Positions 18,315 through 29,700 of a DNA stretch of 64,000 nucleotides are shown here, piece after piece. The first letter of the stretch is position 1. Each line of letters opens with the position of its first letter. Source of the stretch: Limisphaerales bacterium (GTDB lineage: Bacteria; Verrucomicrobiota; Verrucomicrobiia; Limisphaerales; JAJOIW01); the NCBI GenBank assembly GCA_965657355.1, contig CBFHOE010000002.1, positions 128,001 through 192,000 of the forward strand. The letters run 5' to 3'. The notes beneath the pieces were generated by a model that was not told the origin of the DNA, searched no databases, and saw only the letters and a program-made list of their open reading frames with translations. A program made the translations under genes and the position numbers.

Positions 18315-21170
18315 TTAATCTTTGTTTTCAGTATTTGACTTTGAGCCACTTTCCTCCGGGTGAAGTTGAGCAATAAGGATATTGGAGGTATCAAAGTATT
18401 TTTTTGCAGCATCCATTATATTCTGTGGTTTTAATTTTTCAGGCTTAGAGGGAAAATCAATGATCGCGTCTGGATCGAGACCATTATTAAATCTGTAAAG
18501 GAGGTTAGAGGTCCAAAATGAATTCTGTTTACTTCCCGTCTCGAAGCCTCTTCTATGTATTTCTTTAACTTTTTCTATATTAGCCTCAGAGGCTGGCTCT
18601 GTTTGGAGCTTTCTAACCTCCTCTAAAGCCAACTTTATGAGCCTGTCGGCATTGGCAGGACTGCACCCGAATGAGATGGACGAACGAAAGGTTCCTTTTG
18701 GGACGTTAGAAAGAGATCCTGAAGCACGAACCCCGTAGACGCCCCCTTCGGCCTCCCGCAAAACTTCACGTAATCTGATGTTGAGCACGTCAACTGCAGC
18801 GCGTAGAGGATAAGAGAATTTATGATCCCATTTGGTATCTCCGTGCATGAGAATTTGGACAGTGGCTTTATCTTCCAGACCCTTATTAACTTTTACATTC
18901 ACTTGACCCTTTGTGGGGTCATCTTTTCTAAAGATCGGTTTTTCATCGCGATATCCACCCGGGAGGCTTGCTAAATATTTGCGGACGTATTCCTCAATTT
19001 TATCCCATTCAAAATTTCCTACTATAGCAACATTGTAATCTGATAGTGATTCAAAACGATTTTGGTAATATTCATACGACATATCAAGATCGAGGCTATT
19101 AATCCATTTTGCATCCAAGGGTTTATGTCTTGGGTGGTCACCATACATGGCTTTTCTTATCTCCTCTGAAAAGACATAGGATGGGTTATTTGATCTATTC
19201 TTGATGATATCAAGCATCTGCACTTTATAGGATTGAAAGACTTCAGGATCTAATCTCGGCTTGGTCAGCTTTAGGTGGAGCAGCTGGAACATATATTCAA
19301 GATCTTTAGGCGAGGCAAAACCACTGAAGCTTTCGGAGTAATTTCCAATTGAAATATCTGATGAGATATTTTTATCTGATAACAATTTGCTGAGATCAAC
19401 GGCGCTAAATTCATCGACTCCTCCTTGGCCAACCAGCATATCAGCAGTTGACGCAATGACAAAGTCATTGTCCTCTGCCAAGCTATATCCGCCAGGACTT
19501 GATGCACTCATTAAAATTTCATCATTTTTAAAATTAGTTTTCTTAAGAAGAACTCGCATGCGGTTTGAAAGCACCCACTCCCTGACATCTATCTTATCGT
19601 GATTCCGCCTAAAAATGATAGATCCTGGTTTTGGGTCATTTGCCATGAGCGGTTTACCTCCTAAACCGTCATCATATTGGCCTATTTCGGCAGCATCTGT
19701 TTCGTTAAGAATCTTTAGGATATCTTCTTTTGATGGAACTTTTACGCCATCTTTTTCTGGTGCGGAATAGACAATGACTCTGTTTTCCGAAGAAGCTAGT
19801 GAGGCAGAAGTGGCGTTCACCTCCTCTAGTGATATGGATGCTAGCATTTCATTTACCATTTCAAATTCTTTGGGAATTCCGGGTACGGCTTCACCCTCGA
19901 GGATATGCCTAATATATTCAGAAGCGAATGAGCTGGATTCTGATTTATCTCTTTCACTATACAAAGACTCATACGAACGGGCCAAGCCAGCTTTAGCTCG
20001 TTTAAGTTCGGTTTGTGTTAAACCATCTCTTTGAATTCTTCGCCACTCGAGAAGAACAGCTTTCAGTCCTTCTTCAAAAAGCCCATCCCTGACTACTGAA
20101 TTAATCATGAGCATTTCTTTAGAACGAACCATCGAACCTGTTCCTCCGGCAGCGTATAAATAAGGAGGATTCGCTTCTTGCAGCCTTTCTGCTAACCTTT
20201 GATTCAGTATCTGGTAAAAAAGCCCATCAACGATGGACTGTCTGTAGGCTTCATAAGTTTGCTGATCACTCGTGGGGAGTTTTCTTGAAATTCCAATAGT
20301 TGTATATTGGAGCTCTGGGTCCGTTTCAATAGAGAAGAGTGTTTCGGTGTGGTCAGGAACTTCATTCGACGGATTCTTGCGAGCGGCAGGGGGATTTTCG
20401 AGACCTGAAAAGTATTTTTTAATCAAACTAAGAATATTATCCTTGTCGAAATCACCGACAGCCACAATGGACATCCTATCAGGACGATACCAGTCGTTAT
20501 AGTATCTAAGGAAAACTTCTCTCGGGGCGTTTTTTATAATCTCGGCGTCTCCAATCGGGAGACGCTTCGCATAGCGGGAGTTATGAAAAAGAACAGGGAG
20601 TTGCTTGTCCATAATCCTTTTCTGAGCTCCTTTACCCAGACGTAATTCTTCTAAAATTACGCCTCGCTCTTTATCCAACTCTTCTTGATCAAAAGTAATT
20701 CCTCGCGCCCAATCTTGAAGAACCAGAAAAGCCTTCTCAATAATGACTTCATCATCGAGCGGGACTTGAAGCATGTACACAGTTTCTTCAAAACTGGTAT
20801 AAGCGTTTAAGTCTGGGCCGAAACGAAGACCTATGGACTCCAGAAAATCAACTAATTCATTTTTAGCGAAATTCTCAGTACCATTGAATGCCATGTGTTC
20901 AATAAAGTGAGCCAGCCCCAATTGGTCCTCATCTTCTTGCAGGGATCCAGCATCTACGATAAGTCGTAATTCCATCCTGTTTTCAGGCCTTGAATTTTCC
21001 CGAATCATGTATTGCAAGCCATTCTCAAACTTTCCTTTGATAATTTGTGGATCTAAGGGAAGTCTCTCGTTTTGTTGGGCGTTTAATTGGAAGAGAATCG
21101 TTGAAACCACGAGCGTTATGACCCAAAGGAGACAGATTGGTAATAATGAATGATGCTTTTTAAATTTCAT
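18315..21170 (-). CDS. M16 family zinc metallopeptidase (PqqL-like)
   Basis: Inverted zinc motif HFIEH (HxxEH), NAYTSF, ERGVILEE, RLPIG and WYRPD; signal peptide; 951 aa. Confidence 0.92.
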   Translation of the reverse strand: MKFKKHHSLLPICLLWVITLVVSTILFQLNAQQNERLPLDPQIIKGKFENGLQYMIRENSRPENRMELRLIVDAGSLQEDEDQLGLAHFIEHMAFNGTENFAKNELVDFLESIGLRFGPDLNAYTSFEETVYMLQVPLDDEVIIEKAFLVLQDWARGITFDQEELDKERGVILEELRLGKGAQKRIMDKQLPVLFHNSRYAKRLPIGDAEIIKNAPREVFLRYYNDWYRPDRMSIVAVGDFDKDNILSLIKKYFSGLENPPAARKNPSNEVPDHTETLFSIETDPELQYTTIGISRKLPTSDQQTYEAYRQSIVDGLFYQILNQRLAERLQEANPPYLYAAGGTGSMVRSKEMLMINSVVRDGLFEEGLKAVLLEWRRIQRDGLTQTELKRAKAGLARSYESLYSERDKSESSSFASEYIRHILEGEAVPGIPKEFEMVNEMLASISLEEVNATSASLASSENRVIVYSAPEKDGVKVPSKEDILKILNETDAAEIGQYDDGLGGKPLMANDPKPGSIIFRRNHDKIDVREWVLSNRMRVLLKKTNFKNDEILMSASSPGGYSLAEDNDFVIASTADMLVGQGGVDEFSAVDLSKLLSDKNISSDISIGNYSESFSGFASPKDLEYMFQLLHLKLTKPRLDPEVFQSYKVQMLDIIKNRSNNPSYVFSEEIRKAMYGDHPRHKPLDAKWINSLDLDMSYEYYQNRFESLSDYNVAIVGNFEWDKIEEYVRKYLASLPGGYRDEKPIFRKDDPTKGQVNVKVNKGLEDKATVQILMHGDTKWDHKFSYPLRAAVDVLNIRLREVLREAEGGVYGVRASGSLSNVPKGTFRSSISFGCSPANADRLIKLALEEVRKLQTEPASEANIEKVKEIHRRGFETGSKQNSFWTSNLLYRFNNGLDPDAIIDFPSKPEKLKPQNIMDAAKKYFDTSNILIAQLHPEESGSKSNTENKD

Positions 21171-21281
21171 TTCAGTGATGCCTTATGAAAAATTTTATTA
21201 CGTAATTTTGCTTAGGTAAAGTTTCGTATCAACTGGAAAATTCTCAACGTTTTTTGGAAAAAAGTCATCAACTTGCTTTAT

Positions 21282-22886
21282 TCAATTCCCATAAGTTTTC
21301 TGAATATCCCTAAAGATTTCGTAGAGGTAACCTTGTAGATTTTTGACCGCTTGTATGTCCTGATCGTGCGCGAATTCAATGACATTTCGAATCCTAGACT
21401 GATAAGCGCTTGGCAAATGAACATCAGATTCAGGCAAAGAAAACCTCCTCAAAAGATACCCAAGATCTAATTGAGTCGTTAAGAAATCCAATTGGTTTAG
21501 GTATTCTTCAGTTTGTTCCATGTCTTCTGCAATTATGGCTTGGGTGAGTTCCCCCCTAACGTCTCCCATCTTGATAACGGTTAGTTGTGGCGGATCATAA
21601 ATAACTATGCCAAAGAAGTATGCCCCTGCCACTGCTATAGCCAAACCAAAGGCTAGAACAGTTGGCAAAGGTATGTGTTTTTCCTGAGATTCCAAATTTT
21701 TATTAAGTTTGGACTTCTGTCTTTTAAAAATAGTCACTATGCGGGATTCAATCCCACCCACCTTTTTAAGAAATAACCTATCTACAAAAAAGGATGTGGT
21801 GATCCCAATGACTAAAATCCAAGCCCCTATGATTTGGGTGGTATCAACTCGGCCAACGACTTCCTTCCAAATAACAATAAAATTTAATGAATCTAATGCA
21901 GAAGATGGCAGCCTAGAATAGGCATCAAAGGCATGTGTATGATCGATGGATCCAACTTTATTTCGCCAGGGAAGCCATTCCATAAAGAAGGAGAAGACTA
22001 AAGTAATAATAAAAAAGAAAATGATGAGAGAAAAAGTTCTTTTGAATCCATAGTCGCGCCTGATCCAATTTAAAACGGCAACATTTGCTCCGGCCCCAAG
22101 GATGGCCAAAACAAAAGCCGCACCTATGGAATAGCCATCACGAACAACATGCTCGAATTGCGTCATGATTTCCATTGGAGTCACGTATATTGGCAGAGCG
22201 AAAACTCCCATCAGGACTGGAGAATATATATTCCCATTAATAAATAGGCCTTGAAGAATCCCATAAGGTAGAATAGCCCCCAGAAAACCCATAAAAAGTA
22301 TAACTAACAACAAGTCGCCAACTATTTTTAAATTCAATGAGTTCAATAGGTTCCACCCTGATAATTTCAATCTCTGCAAGGAATAAGAAATTCCGGGGTC
22401 GGCATCAGAAAAGTTATCTGAATTTTTCCCTGTACCCATCATAGAATCCCACCCCCACCCCAATGCTACAGATATGAAAAAACTTCCAAACATGAATGCC
22501 ATGAAAGTCATAAAATCAACATGACTGATACCATAAGCAACCGAAATAGGGTTCATGACAGGGGCAACAGTCGTAAAACTCAGCAGTGTCCCATTTGACA
22601 ATCTAGCTCTTTTTAATTCCAAAGCGACGGGCAATGCCCCCAAGGCGCATACCGGTAGCGAAATCCCTAAAATCCAGCCTCTGAGAGCTCCTTGGAACCC
22701 ACCACCACCTAATAACGAATTCAATTGCTGGTGCCCCAGCATACCGCGCATTAAACCAGCGAATAAAACTCCGGAAAGCAAGAATGGGGCAGCTTCAAAA
22801 AAGGTCTCTAGCAGACGAAATATGCCACTGCCAATAATGCTATCTAGAGAGCTGGCGAACCCGGAAAAGTGTGGGCCGAAATTCAT
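21282..22886 (-). CDS. Permease (DUF318/ArsP-like) with C-terminal extension
   Basis: Multiple TM helices; EAAPFLL.G, LPVCALGALP, AP.MNP, PIYV and SIGAAFV...G motifs; HTHAFD motif and helical C-terminal tail. Confidence 0.75.
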   Translation of the reverse strand: MNFGPHFSGFASSLDSIIGSGIFRLLETFFEAAPFLLSGVLFAGLMRGMLGHQQLNSLLGGGGFQGALRGWILGISLPVCALGALPVALELKRARLSNGTLLSFTTVAPVMNPISVAYGISHVDFMTFMAFMFGSFFISVALGWGWDSMMGTGKNSDNFSDADPGISYSLQRLKLSGWNLLNSLNLKIVGDLLLVILFMGFLGAILPYGILQGLFINGNIYSPVLMGVFALPIYVTPMEIMTQFEHVVRDGYSIGAAFVLAILGAGANVAVLNWIRRDYGFKRTFSLIIFFFIITLVFSFFMEWLPWRNKVGSIDHTHAFDAYSRLPSSALDSLNFIVIWKEVVGRVDTTQIIGAWILVIGITTSFFVDRLFLKKVGGIESRIVTIFKRQKSKLNKNLESQEKHIPLPTVLAFGLAIAVAGAYFFGIVIYDPPQLTVIKMGDVRGELTQAIIAEDMEQTEEYLNQLDFLTTQLDLGYLLRRFSLPESDVHLPSAYQSRIRNVIEFAHDQDIQAVKNLQGYLYEIFRDIQKTYGN

Positions 22887-23425
22887 TTTATATTATTTTT
22901 AATTTCCTTTTTCGATGGGGTAGTTACCGGAAAGACAGGCCCTGAGGAGCGAAATTTGTTACCGTCAATGACTACCTCTGGAATAACAACAAACAACTTT
23001 TTCCCATGAAATTTTTTTGGAAGTTGCCCCGAAAAAACGGTGAAGGTTGAGGGTTCTGAGTTATTCTTCTGAGATTTCAAGGAGAATTTTTTAGCGCTTA
23101 AGCCCTCATTCCCCAGCAAGCTTACCCATGATGACACTGTAGATTTTATCTTTAGAGGTTCATTGACCAAACGCCCGCCTCTGGATTGTCGCATGCACAA
23201 TTTAACCTCTCCACTTTGATGAACGAACCATTCGCAGTACAGCAAGGTCTTGTTTTTCCCACTGCCCCACTTACCCACAAAATGGTAGCTACCTCCATTT
23301 GGTCCTGAAAAATGGGCTTTTTCTTTTGCTGTAACAACTGGAATATTCATGGCAAGAGCCAAGCCGAATATCATGATGGTTAACTTAATTTTGTGGTAAA
23401 GTATCATTCTAAAACGTGAGTTCAT
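22883..23425 (-). CDS. Hypothetical exported protein with GPNGG motif
   Basis: 180 aa, signal-like N-terminus, AHFSGPNGGSYH. Overlaps the permease start by 4 nt. Confidence 0.7.
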   Translation of the reverse strand: MNSRFRMILYHKIKLTIMIFGLALAMNIPVVTAKEKAHFSGPNGGSYHFVGKWGSGKNKTLLYCEWFVHQSGEVKLCMRQSRGGRLVNEPLKIKSTVSSWVSLLGNEGLSAKKFSLKSQKNNSEPSTFTVFSGQLPKKFHGKKLFVVIPEVVIDGNKFRSSGPVFPVTTPSKKEIKNNIK

Positions 23426-23530
23426 GAATAGCCATTATCTGAAAACTATTTATGGTCTTATGCCTGTGACTGGCATGGCTACATGATCATATACTAAATT
23501 GAATTACAGAGAAGAAGTAGCAAAAAGATT

Positions 23531-25057
23531 TTATCTGTGTAATGGAATAGTGACCTTGAATGGCCTTGCGGGATTTCTTGCTGAGTCATATATATTCCCA
23601 AAAGGGTAATCTTTCCAAGCATATCGAATAGTAATATGACTATTGGCCATATTTTTTTCTATTGAAATTTGGTTAGGGCCTATCAATTCAGCATTTGCCG
23701 GTCGAAAAAGGCTATCATCGGAAGCAATCGTGAACCCCTTGATCTCATCGCCCAATATTTCAATACCATTCCCAACATATTTGAAGGTTATGATGACATT
23801 ATCAGACGTTTGCTGGACGGCCTTGCGGTCCAGGGTTGGGCCTCTCCAAAGAGTTTTTTTGTTATATACGATATCTAGAGCGGCATTTGCAAGTCGCTCC
23901 CCTACGACGGATTTGCCTTTAGGGTGTATGTCATCATAATCCCCGGTATCAATTGTGACGACCATCCCAGTGCGACTTACCTCATGAGAGGCCATTTCTT
24001 GAGCTACTCTTAATTCAGCTAAAAGCGACTGTTGTTGAATCTCAGATTCGATAGTTTTGGGATCACGTTTTCTATCAAAATCCCATCTAGGGATCTGGAC
24101 ATAGAGAAAAGGAAGATCAGAAATATTCCAATATCGACGATAAGACCGAATAAGAGGTGGGAATAAATTTCTTAAGTGATTGGGCTGCTTCACATCCGAT
24201 TCTCCTTGATAATAAACAATACCACTTACAGGAAATTTAGTGAATGGAAGTACCATACCATTGAATAAATCTCCGGTGGAGTGAGGTTTTCGAGGAACAG
24301 CGATTGATCGAGGCATACCACCATCCGGGTATTGTTGCTTTTCATCTAGGTATATACCGTATCGGGACTGCCAAAGTGATATTTTTTTCTGATCTATTGC
24401 GAAAGTAAATTCAGCAAGAGAAGTCACCCCAAAAACATCATCACCCGGAAACCAAGAATTCATATGAGACGAGCCCCAGGAAGAAACTATTATTCCAATT
24501 GGATGATCTAAAGAATGGCTTAAGTAATATGAAAAAATAACTCCGATAGCAGAATATTTCGATGCATTCCTTTTATTTAATGGTAGCCAAAGGCCATTGC
24601 CATTTCCCACAGCCGAAGAAGATCTCAGTTTGGGTTGGTGGTATACACGAATGCATCTTTTATCAAATTCCTCCCCCAACTCCTCGATGTCAAAATCTGA
24701 AGCATGTAAAGGCATTTGAATATTTGATTGCCCAACAACAAACCAAACATCCCCAGCAACAACATCCCTGATGACAATAGATGATGAACCGTGAATTGAA
24801 ATGTTACTCTTTTGGTTTTTAGCTAATGGGGGTAATTTAATAGCCCACTGGCCTTTGGCGTCTGTTTGACTTTTTATGTTAATTCCAAAGCCGTCTAAAG
24901 AAATGATTTGGCCTGGATCATCCTCTCCCCTGAACCAGAATGGTTTATTTTTTTGAATGACCATGTGATCGGTTATATACCCATCAGTGATGACCGTCTG
25001 AGCGAATAGAGTCGAACTGAAAAAAAGGTATAATAAAACAAATAATTGAGGTCTCAT
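23531..25057 (-). CDS. Sialate O-acetylesterase family (SGNH/SASA) protein
   Basis: GDVWFVVGQSN, YQGESD and DIHP..K..VGERLA catalytic blocks. Start refined to ATG 25057 (MRPQLFVLL signal), just downstream of the upstream gene stop. Confidence 0.85.
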   Translation of the reverse strand: MRPQLFVLLYLFFSSTLFAQTVITDGYITDHMVIQKNKPFWFRGEDDPGQIISLDGFGINIKSQTDAKGQWAIKLPPLAKNQKSNISIHGSSSIVIRDVVAGDVWFVVGQSNIQMPLHASDFDIEELGEEFDKRCIRVYHQPKLRSSSAVGNGNGLWLPLNKRNASKYSAIGVIFSYYLSHSLDHPIGIIVSSWGSSHMNSWFPGDDVFGVTSLAEFTFAIDQKKISLWQSRYGIYLDEKQQYPDGGMPRSIAVPRKPHSTGDLFNGMVLPFTKFPVSGIVYYQGESDVKQPNHLRNLFPPLIRSYRRYWNISDLPFLYVQIPRWDFDRKRDPKTIESEIQQQSLLAELRVAQEMASHEVSRTGMVVTIDTGDYDDIHPKGKSVVGERLANAALDIVYNKKTLWRGPTLDRKAVQQTSDNVIITFKYVGNGIEILGDEIKGFTIASDDSLFRPANAELIGPNQISIEKNMANSHITIRYAWKDYPFGNIYDSARNPARPFKVTIPLHR

Positions 25058-25061
25058 GGTC

Positions 25062-26552
25062 TTAATTATTTGCATGGATAATCCTAAGAAAACCTTCCTC
25101 AGGGCTTTCAGTAATTGAGAATTGAATCGTGTTAAGCCCAATATTTGTAGGTGTTATTTGTTCGATGTTCCTCCATTCTTTTAGGTCGAATGAATGTTGA
25201 AGGGTGTAAGCAATGACTTTCGAAGGTGCTACGTAGTAAACATCAAGAAATTGAGAATCATCTGATATTTCCAACGAGTGAATATTAAGCTCGGGTTCAA
25301 CCACTTTAAGCATAAACGATGGAGAAACGGCCCTTTGATCGAATGACTCCATTACCATCCAGTAATTTCCATTGTCTGTCTGAGTAGCCACATCAATCTG
25401 AAGCTGGACATCGTGCCGGAAGGATAATTTAGGAGTGATAGGGATACCGTCCTTTACCCACTGATATGTTTGGAAATTAAATTCCGCATTAAAATCAAAT
25501 GTCTGGGAAAACTTAAAACCCTCGGTAGCTATATATTGAGCTTTGAAATTATGGAAATCCAAATGTGTAAAATTTGGGAGAAAGCTGTTGTGAAAAATAT
25601 AGTTTTTTTTTGCGACGACCTGAGAATAGTTATAAAAGCGAGAAGGGATTTTATAACTTTTATATGGAAAATTTGGGTGATCCATATTCACCAGGGATAA
25701 GAATTGCCTTTTCTCTTCCCCCTCCTCCTTCATGTGCAAGACTGCGAGGTGCGGCAGGCCAGCCACCATGTCAAGACAGGGTTTATTTGTCAGTGTTATA
25801 TTTTTTGTCCCAGCTAAATCCCTGAGATGGCAGCCTTGATTGTTGCCATAAACTAGACATAGCTCACCGCTCCTATAATCTTCGATAACGGTAAATGTGC
25901 TAAACCCGTCTAAATTTTTAAGATGGTATTTGCTTTCACCCGTTCCATCAGAATAGTGATACAAAATGTTGGATTGGGGATCTAAAAACCAAACACCCAT
26001 TTTGTTTATCTCTAGAGAATTAGAGTAGTCTAGAAGAGTATTCGGAGCATACCCATTGAAGATTTTTTTGAAGTCAAAAATATCCCAGTAAAGATGATGC
26101 AAATTGTCTGTGGGGTAAAGATCATGAGAATAGATTCCAGACTCAGCGAGCAGAACAATCCTAGCTCCAAACGAGCTTACTTGAAAGATCTTGCCCAATT
26201 GAGTCGATGGAACCCAATAAGGGTAAGACTCAACTGCAAAGTCATCATTGAGTAGGAGGTAATCTAGTCCTTGGTGCCCGGCTGAAGTTGAAAAAAGGTA
26301 TCCTCTAGATAACATTGATGAACTTTCAATACCCCCAGAACTCCCGGTCGTTGATGGGAATTTCGCTATCGGATAAAGATCATCATTTTTACCATCTAAG
26401 AGGAATAACTTTACGGGCAGAGATCGAGTGCTTTTTTCTGAATTTCCCTCGACTAAAAGGAGTTCAAAGCAACACACATTACCCGAATGCAATAAACAGG
26501 TAAGCGCAAATAGTATGATTCTTGTGCATGCTATTTTTGCTGAATGCCCCAT
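25062..26552 (-). CDS. Hypothetical exported protein with Ig-like domain
   Basis: Signal-like N-terminus from ATG 26552. YQWVKDG...L.I...DNGNYW resembles an Ig I-set pattern; C-terminal YTLQHSFDLKEW...FLRI module. Confidence 0.65.
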   Translation of the reverse strand: MGHSAKIACTRIILFALTCLLHSGNVCCFELLLVEGNSEKSTRSLPVKLFLLDGKNDDLYPIAKFPSTTGSSGGIESSSMLSRGYLFSTSAGHQGLDYLLLNDDFAVESYPYWVPSTQLGKIFQVSSFGARIVLLAESGIYSHDLYPTDNLHHLYWDIFDFKKIFNGYAPNTLLDYSNSLEINKMGVWFLDPQSNILYHYSDGTGESKYHLKNLDGFSTFTVIEDYRSGELCLVYGNNQGCHLRDLAGTKNITLTNKPCLDMVAGLPHLAVLHMKEEGEEKRQFLSLVNMDHPNFPYKSYKIPSRFYNYSQVVAKKNYIFHNSFLPNFTHLDFHNFKAQYIATEGFKFSQTFDFNAEFNFQTYQWVKDGIPITPKLSFRHDVQLQIDVATQTDNGNYWMVMESFDQRAVSPSFMLKVVEPELNIHSLEISDDSQFLDVYYVAPSKVIAYTLQHSFDLKEWRNIEQITPTNIGLNTIQFSITESPEEGFLRIIHANN

Positions 26553-26748
26553 AAGAAAGCGAAAATTATAACTCGACAAACTTACAACTATAAGGGTTAC
26601 AGAAAGACCGCACAAACAAATAAAAAAGTAAGTAGATTAAGCAAGCCTTTGGTTTACAAGCAGACCTTATTTCACTATAGAATACCAAATGGGTTAAGGC
26701 TTAGACTGACCCTTGAAATAATAGCAGGGGAAAGAAAGAACAAAGCAC

Positions 26749-29700
26749 ATGGGGCGACCAACAAAATACAGGAGAATAGATAAGAAAACCCATACAGGGT
26801 CAGAGAATAAATATGATGCTGAATTCAGCGTTATGCGAAAAACCTATGGAAGCCTTGCCGATCTGCGCCGAGAACTAGCTGATTCCTCCGAATCCAAAGA
26901 AGAAAGAGTCAAAATTTTGGAGAGCTTTGCGGAATGCGATGACCAGCAAAGGGCATGGCTGCTTCTCGAGGATTACTTCGAGAAACTTTCTCTATCTAGG
27001 AAAGATTTCTACATTCGCGATTGGTGGACCGATGTCATGGAGGCTAGAGGAACCAGGAGATTGGAGGAAACCGCTTTGGCATTCATGAAAGCAGACCACC
27101 CGCTCCCACCCGAGCTAATGACTTATGCCAATTTTGAAAAATTTGCTGAGCTCGAGAAAGAAGAGGCAAACGAACATCTTTCTCAATTGCTTGAAAATTG
27201 GTTATTTCCGGGACCTCAACGAAAGACGGAAATACCGAAATCCAGCCTGCGAGTCGTTTGCAACCCCGAATCAATCCAAAGCAAACCGGGCTTACACTCT
27301 TTGGGAATCCAGTTTCTGATTTTTCGTCCCAGAACTGGGGAAAAAATCCGAAGTCCGAAGGAACTTGTCGACCTCACCCAAAGAGGCTCACAAGAGCAAG
27401 AGCTGTTTATCTCTGATGATTGGAACTTCATCAAGTGGGTGGGCAAGAAAGTGTCTCAATTTGAAGATATTCCGGAGAGAATAAAGCTAAGTGGCTTGAA
27501 CTTGTTAGAATGGCTTGCCCAATGGGCCATATCTGAAAGGTTTGAGGACCCGAATACGGAGTCAACGCTTCGCTACGCAGGCAATTATGCTTCGATTGAA
27601 CCCAGGATCTCCAGGGAGCAGGACAACCTCAAAATCGGATACGATTTAATCTCGGGGCCAAATGGATTACGGACCCCCATCGAGGAGATCAAAATTTTTG
27701 AAGGCTCGCCTTATTTTGCTCTGGCTCACGGAGAATTTTTCATTCTAGAAAATCCGCCAAATGAAGACCTGATTGCTAATTTGGCCACAACACCTCATTT
27801 TGAAACGGATAAATTGAGTGACCGCTTGTTAACCCGCATGAGAACTCATTACGCGGAAAAAGATCCACTTTGGGAAGAAGTTTGTGACGCTCACCCAGCC
27901 AAGCCGCAGATGGTCTTTGAAATAGACAACGACACCATAAAAATAAGACTGAATGGAATTAGCGAAAAGGATGGATCAGAGTGGTTTTGGTCAGGTGAAA
28001 GCTGGCAAAGACAAAATTCTTTGCCAAGATCCAAAAAAGGACCAGAAATTTTATTTGATGACAGGCTACCACCCGCAGTCAAATGGCTAGAACAGCTCAA
28101 TTGCTTTTCACCGGAGCCGGGATTGTGGGTCGCAGATGCAGAGGACTACTTTCTTGAAAAATTGGCTGCTATTTGGGAATCGCGGCCAAAAGAAACAGAA
28201 TTTCTTGGAAACCCTCTGTTTCATAGGCTTTTTCTTAGATCTAACCAGATTCGCCCAAAAATTTCAGTCAAATCCACCGGCATTGATTGGTTCTCGGTGT
28301 CAACAGATTGGGAGATTGAAGGATTAAAACTCACAGCAAAAGATCTTCAAGCTCTTCAGCATGCAAATTCAAGGTTTATAAAGCTACCGGATTCGGGCTG
28401 GGTTGAGGTAGACGAGGAAAAGGTCATGACAGCTCATGAGGTCATGGCCGACATAGGGGTTGACGGACTGGCACCAAACACACAAAAAATCCATTTTGGG
28501 CAAGCCGGAAATTTGGAAATTGAGAAAATCGACACAGTTGGTGATGCAGAGAAGATACGTGATTTAAGAAAAAAAATCTCAGAATTCCAGGGTATAGAAC
28601 CCATGGAGATTCCAGATGGCATTGAAGCAACACTTCGTCCCTATCAAAAGGAAGGGTTTAGTTTTTTGGCAAACCTCTTCCAATCAGGATTAGGGGGATT
28701 ATTGGCAGATGACATGGGGCTGGGAAAAACCTTACAAACCTTGGTCGCCCTCGAATGGTTGAGGCAAAAAAATAATAAAAGTCATCGACCAAGTCTTGTC
28801 ATCTGCCCAGCGTCTGTCTTGCACAACTGGAAAAGGGAGGCAAATCGATTCGTCCCGTCGATGAAAGTCCTTTTGCTTGAGAGTGGAAAAGAAAGGCACA
28901 ACCTGCGATCCAAGATTCCTGATTACGATTTAATTGTAACAAACTATGCTTTATTAAGAAGAGACCTTCAGTCTCTCAAAAAATTCAACTTTCTGGCTGT
29001 CATATTGGATGAAGCTCAATTTATAAAAAATCCTGGGGCACAAGTGACACTTTCAGTAAAGCAACTAAGATCAAAACACCGGGTTGCCCTGACAGGCACG
29101 CCCCTAGAAAATAGAATTCTCGACCTATGGTCCATCGTAGACTTTCTTCACAAAGGTTATCTTGGTACTCAATCGCAATTCACAGATCGATATCAGGGAA
29201 ATGAAGAATCCCCAGCTTTGCAAAGAGTTTCCAGGAGGCGCCTAGCGGCCAAATTACGGCCTATCCTCATCCGTCGTTTAAAGACCCAGGTAGCCAAGGA
29301 CTTACCTGAAAGAATTGAAGAAAGAAGAGATAGTCTTCCTGGAAAAGCGCAAAAGAAACTCTACCTTGCCGAACTCAAGAGAAGTAAAGACCAGGTAAAC
29401 CAAGTTGTTTCGGAGAATGGGATCAATAAAAGTAAAATCCATGTATTGGCAGCTTTAACCAGGCTCAGGCAAATTTGTTGTCATCCAAAATTGGTAGGCA
29501 GTGATGCCGTTTCGGGTAAGACTGAGACATTTTTTGAGTTAGTCGAACCCTTATTAGATCGAGGGGAGAAGGTTTTGGTCTTCAGCCAATTTGTGAAGAT
29601 GTTAGAAATCCTGGATACCGAACTAAAAAAACGAGAAAAAACAACCTATACTTTAACGGGTGAAACTAAAAACAGACAGGACGTTGTTAAAGCATTTCAA

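Noticed and set aside
23459..23478. ATGCC-N7-GGCAT inverted repeat upstream of the GPNGG/permease pair as a metal-regulator operator
   Set aside because: 5-bp arms are too short to distinguish from chance without comparative data.
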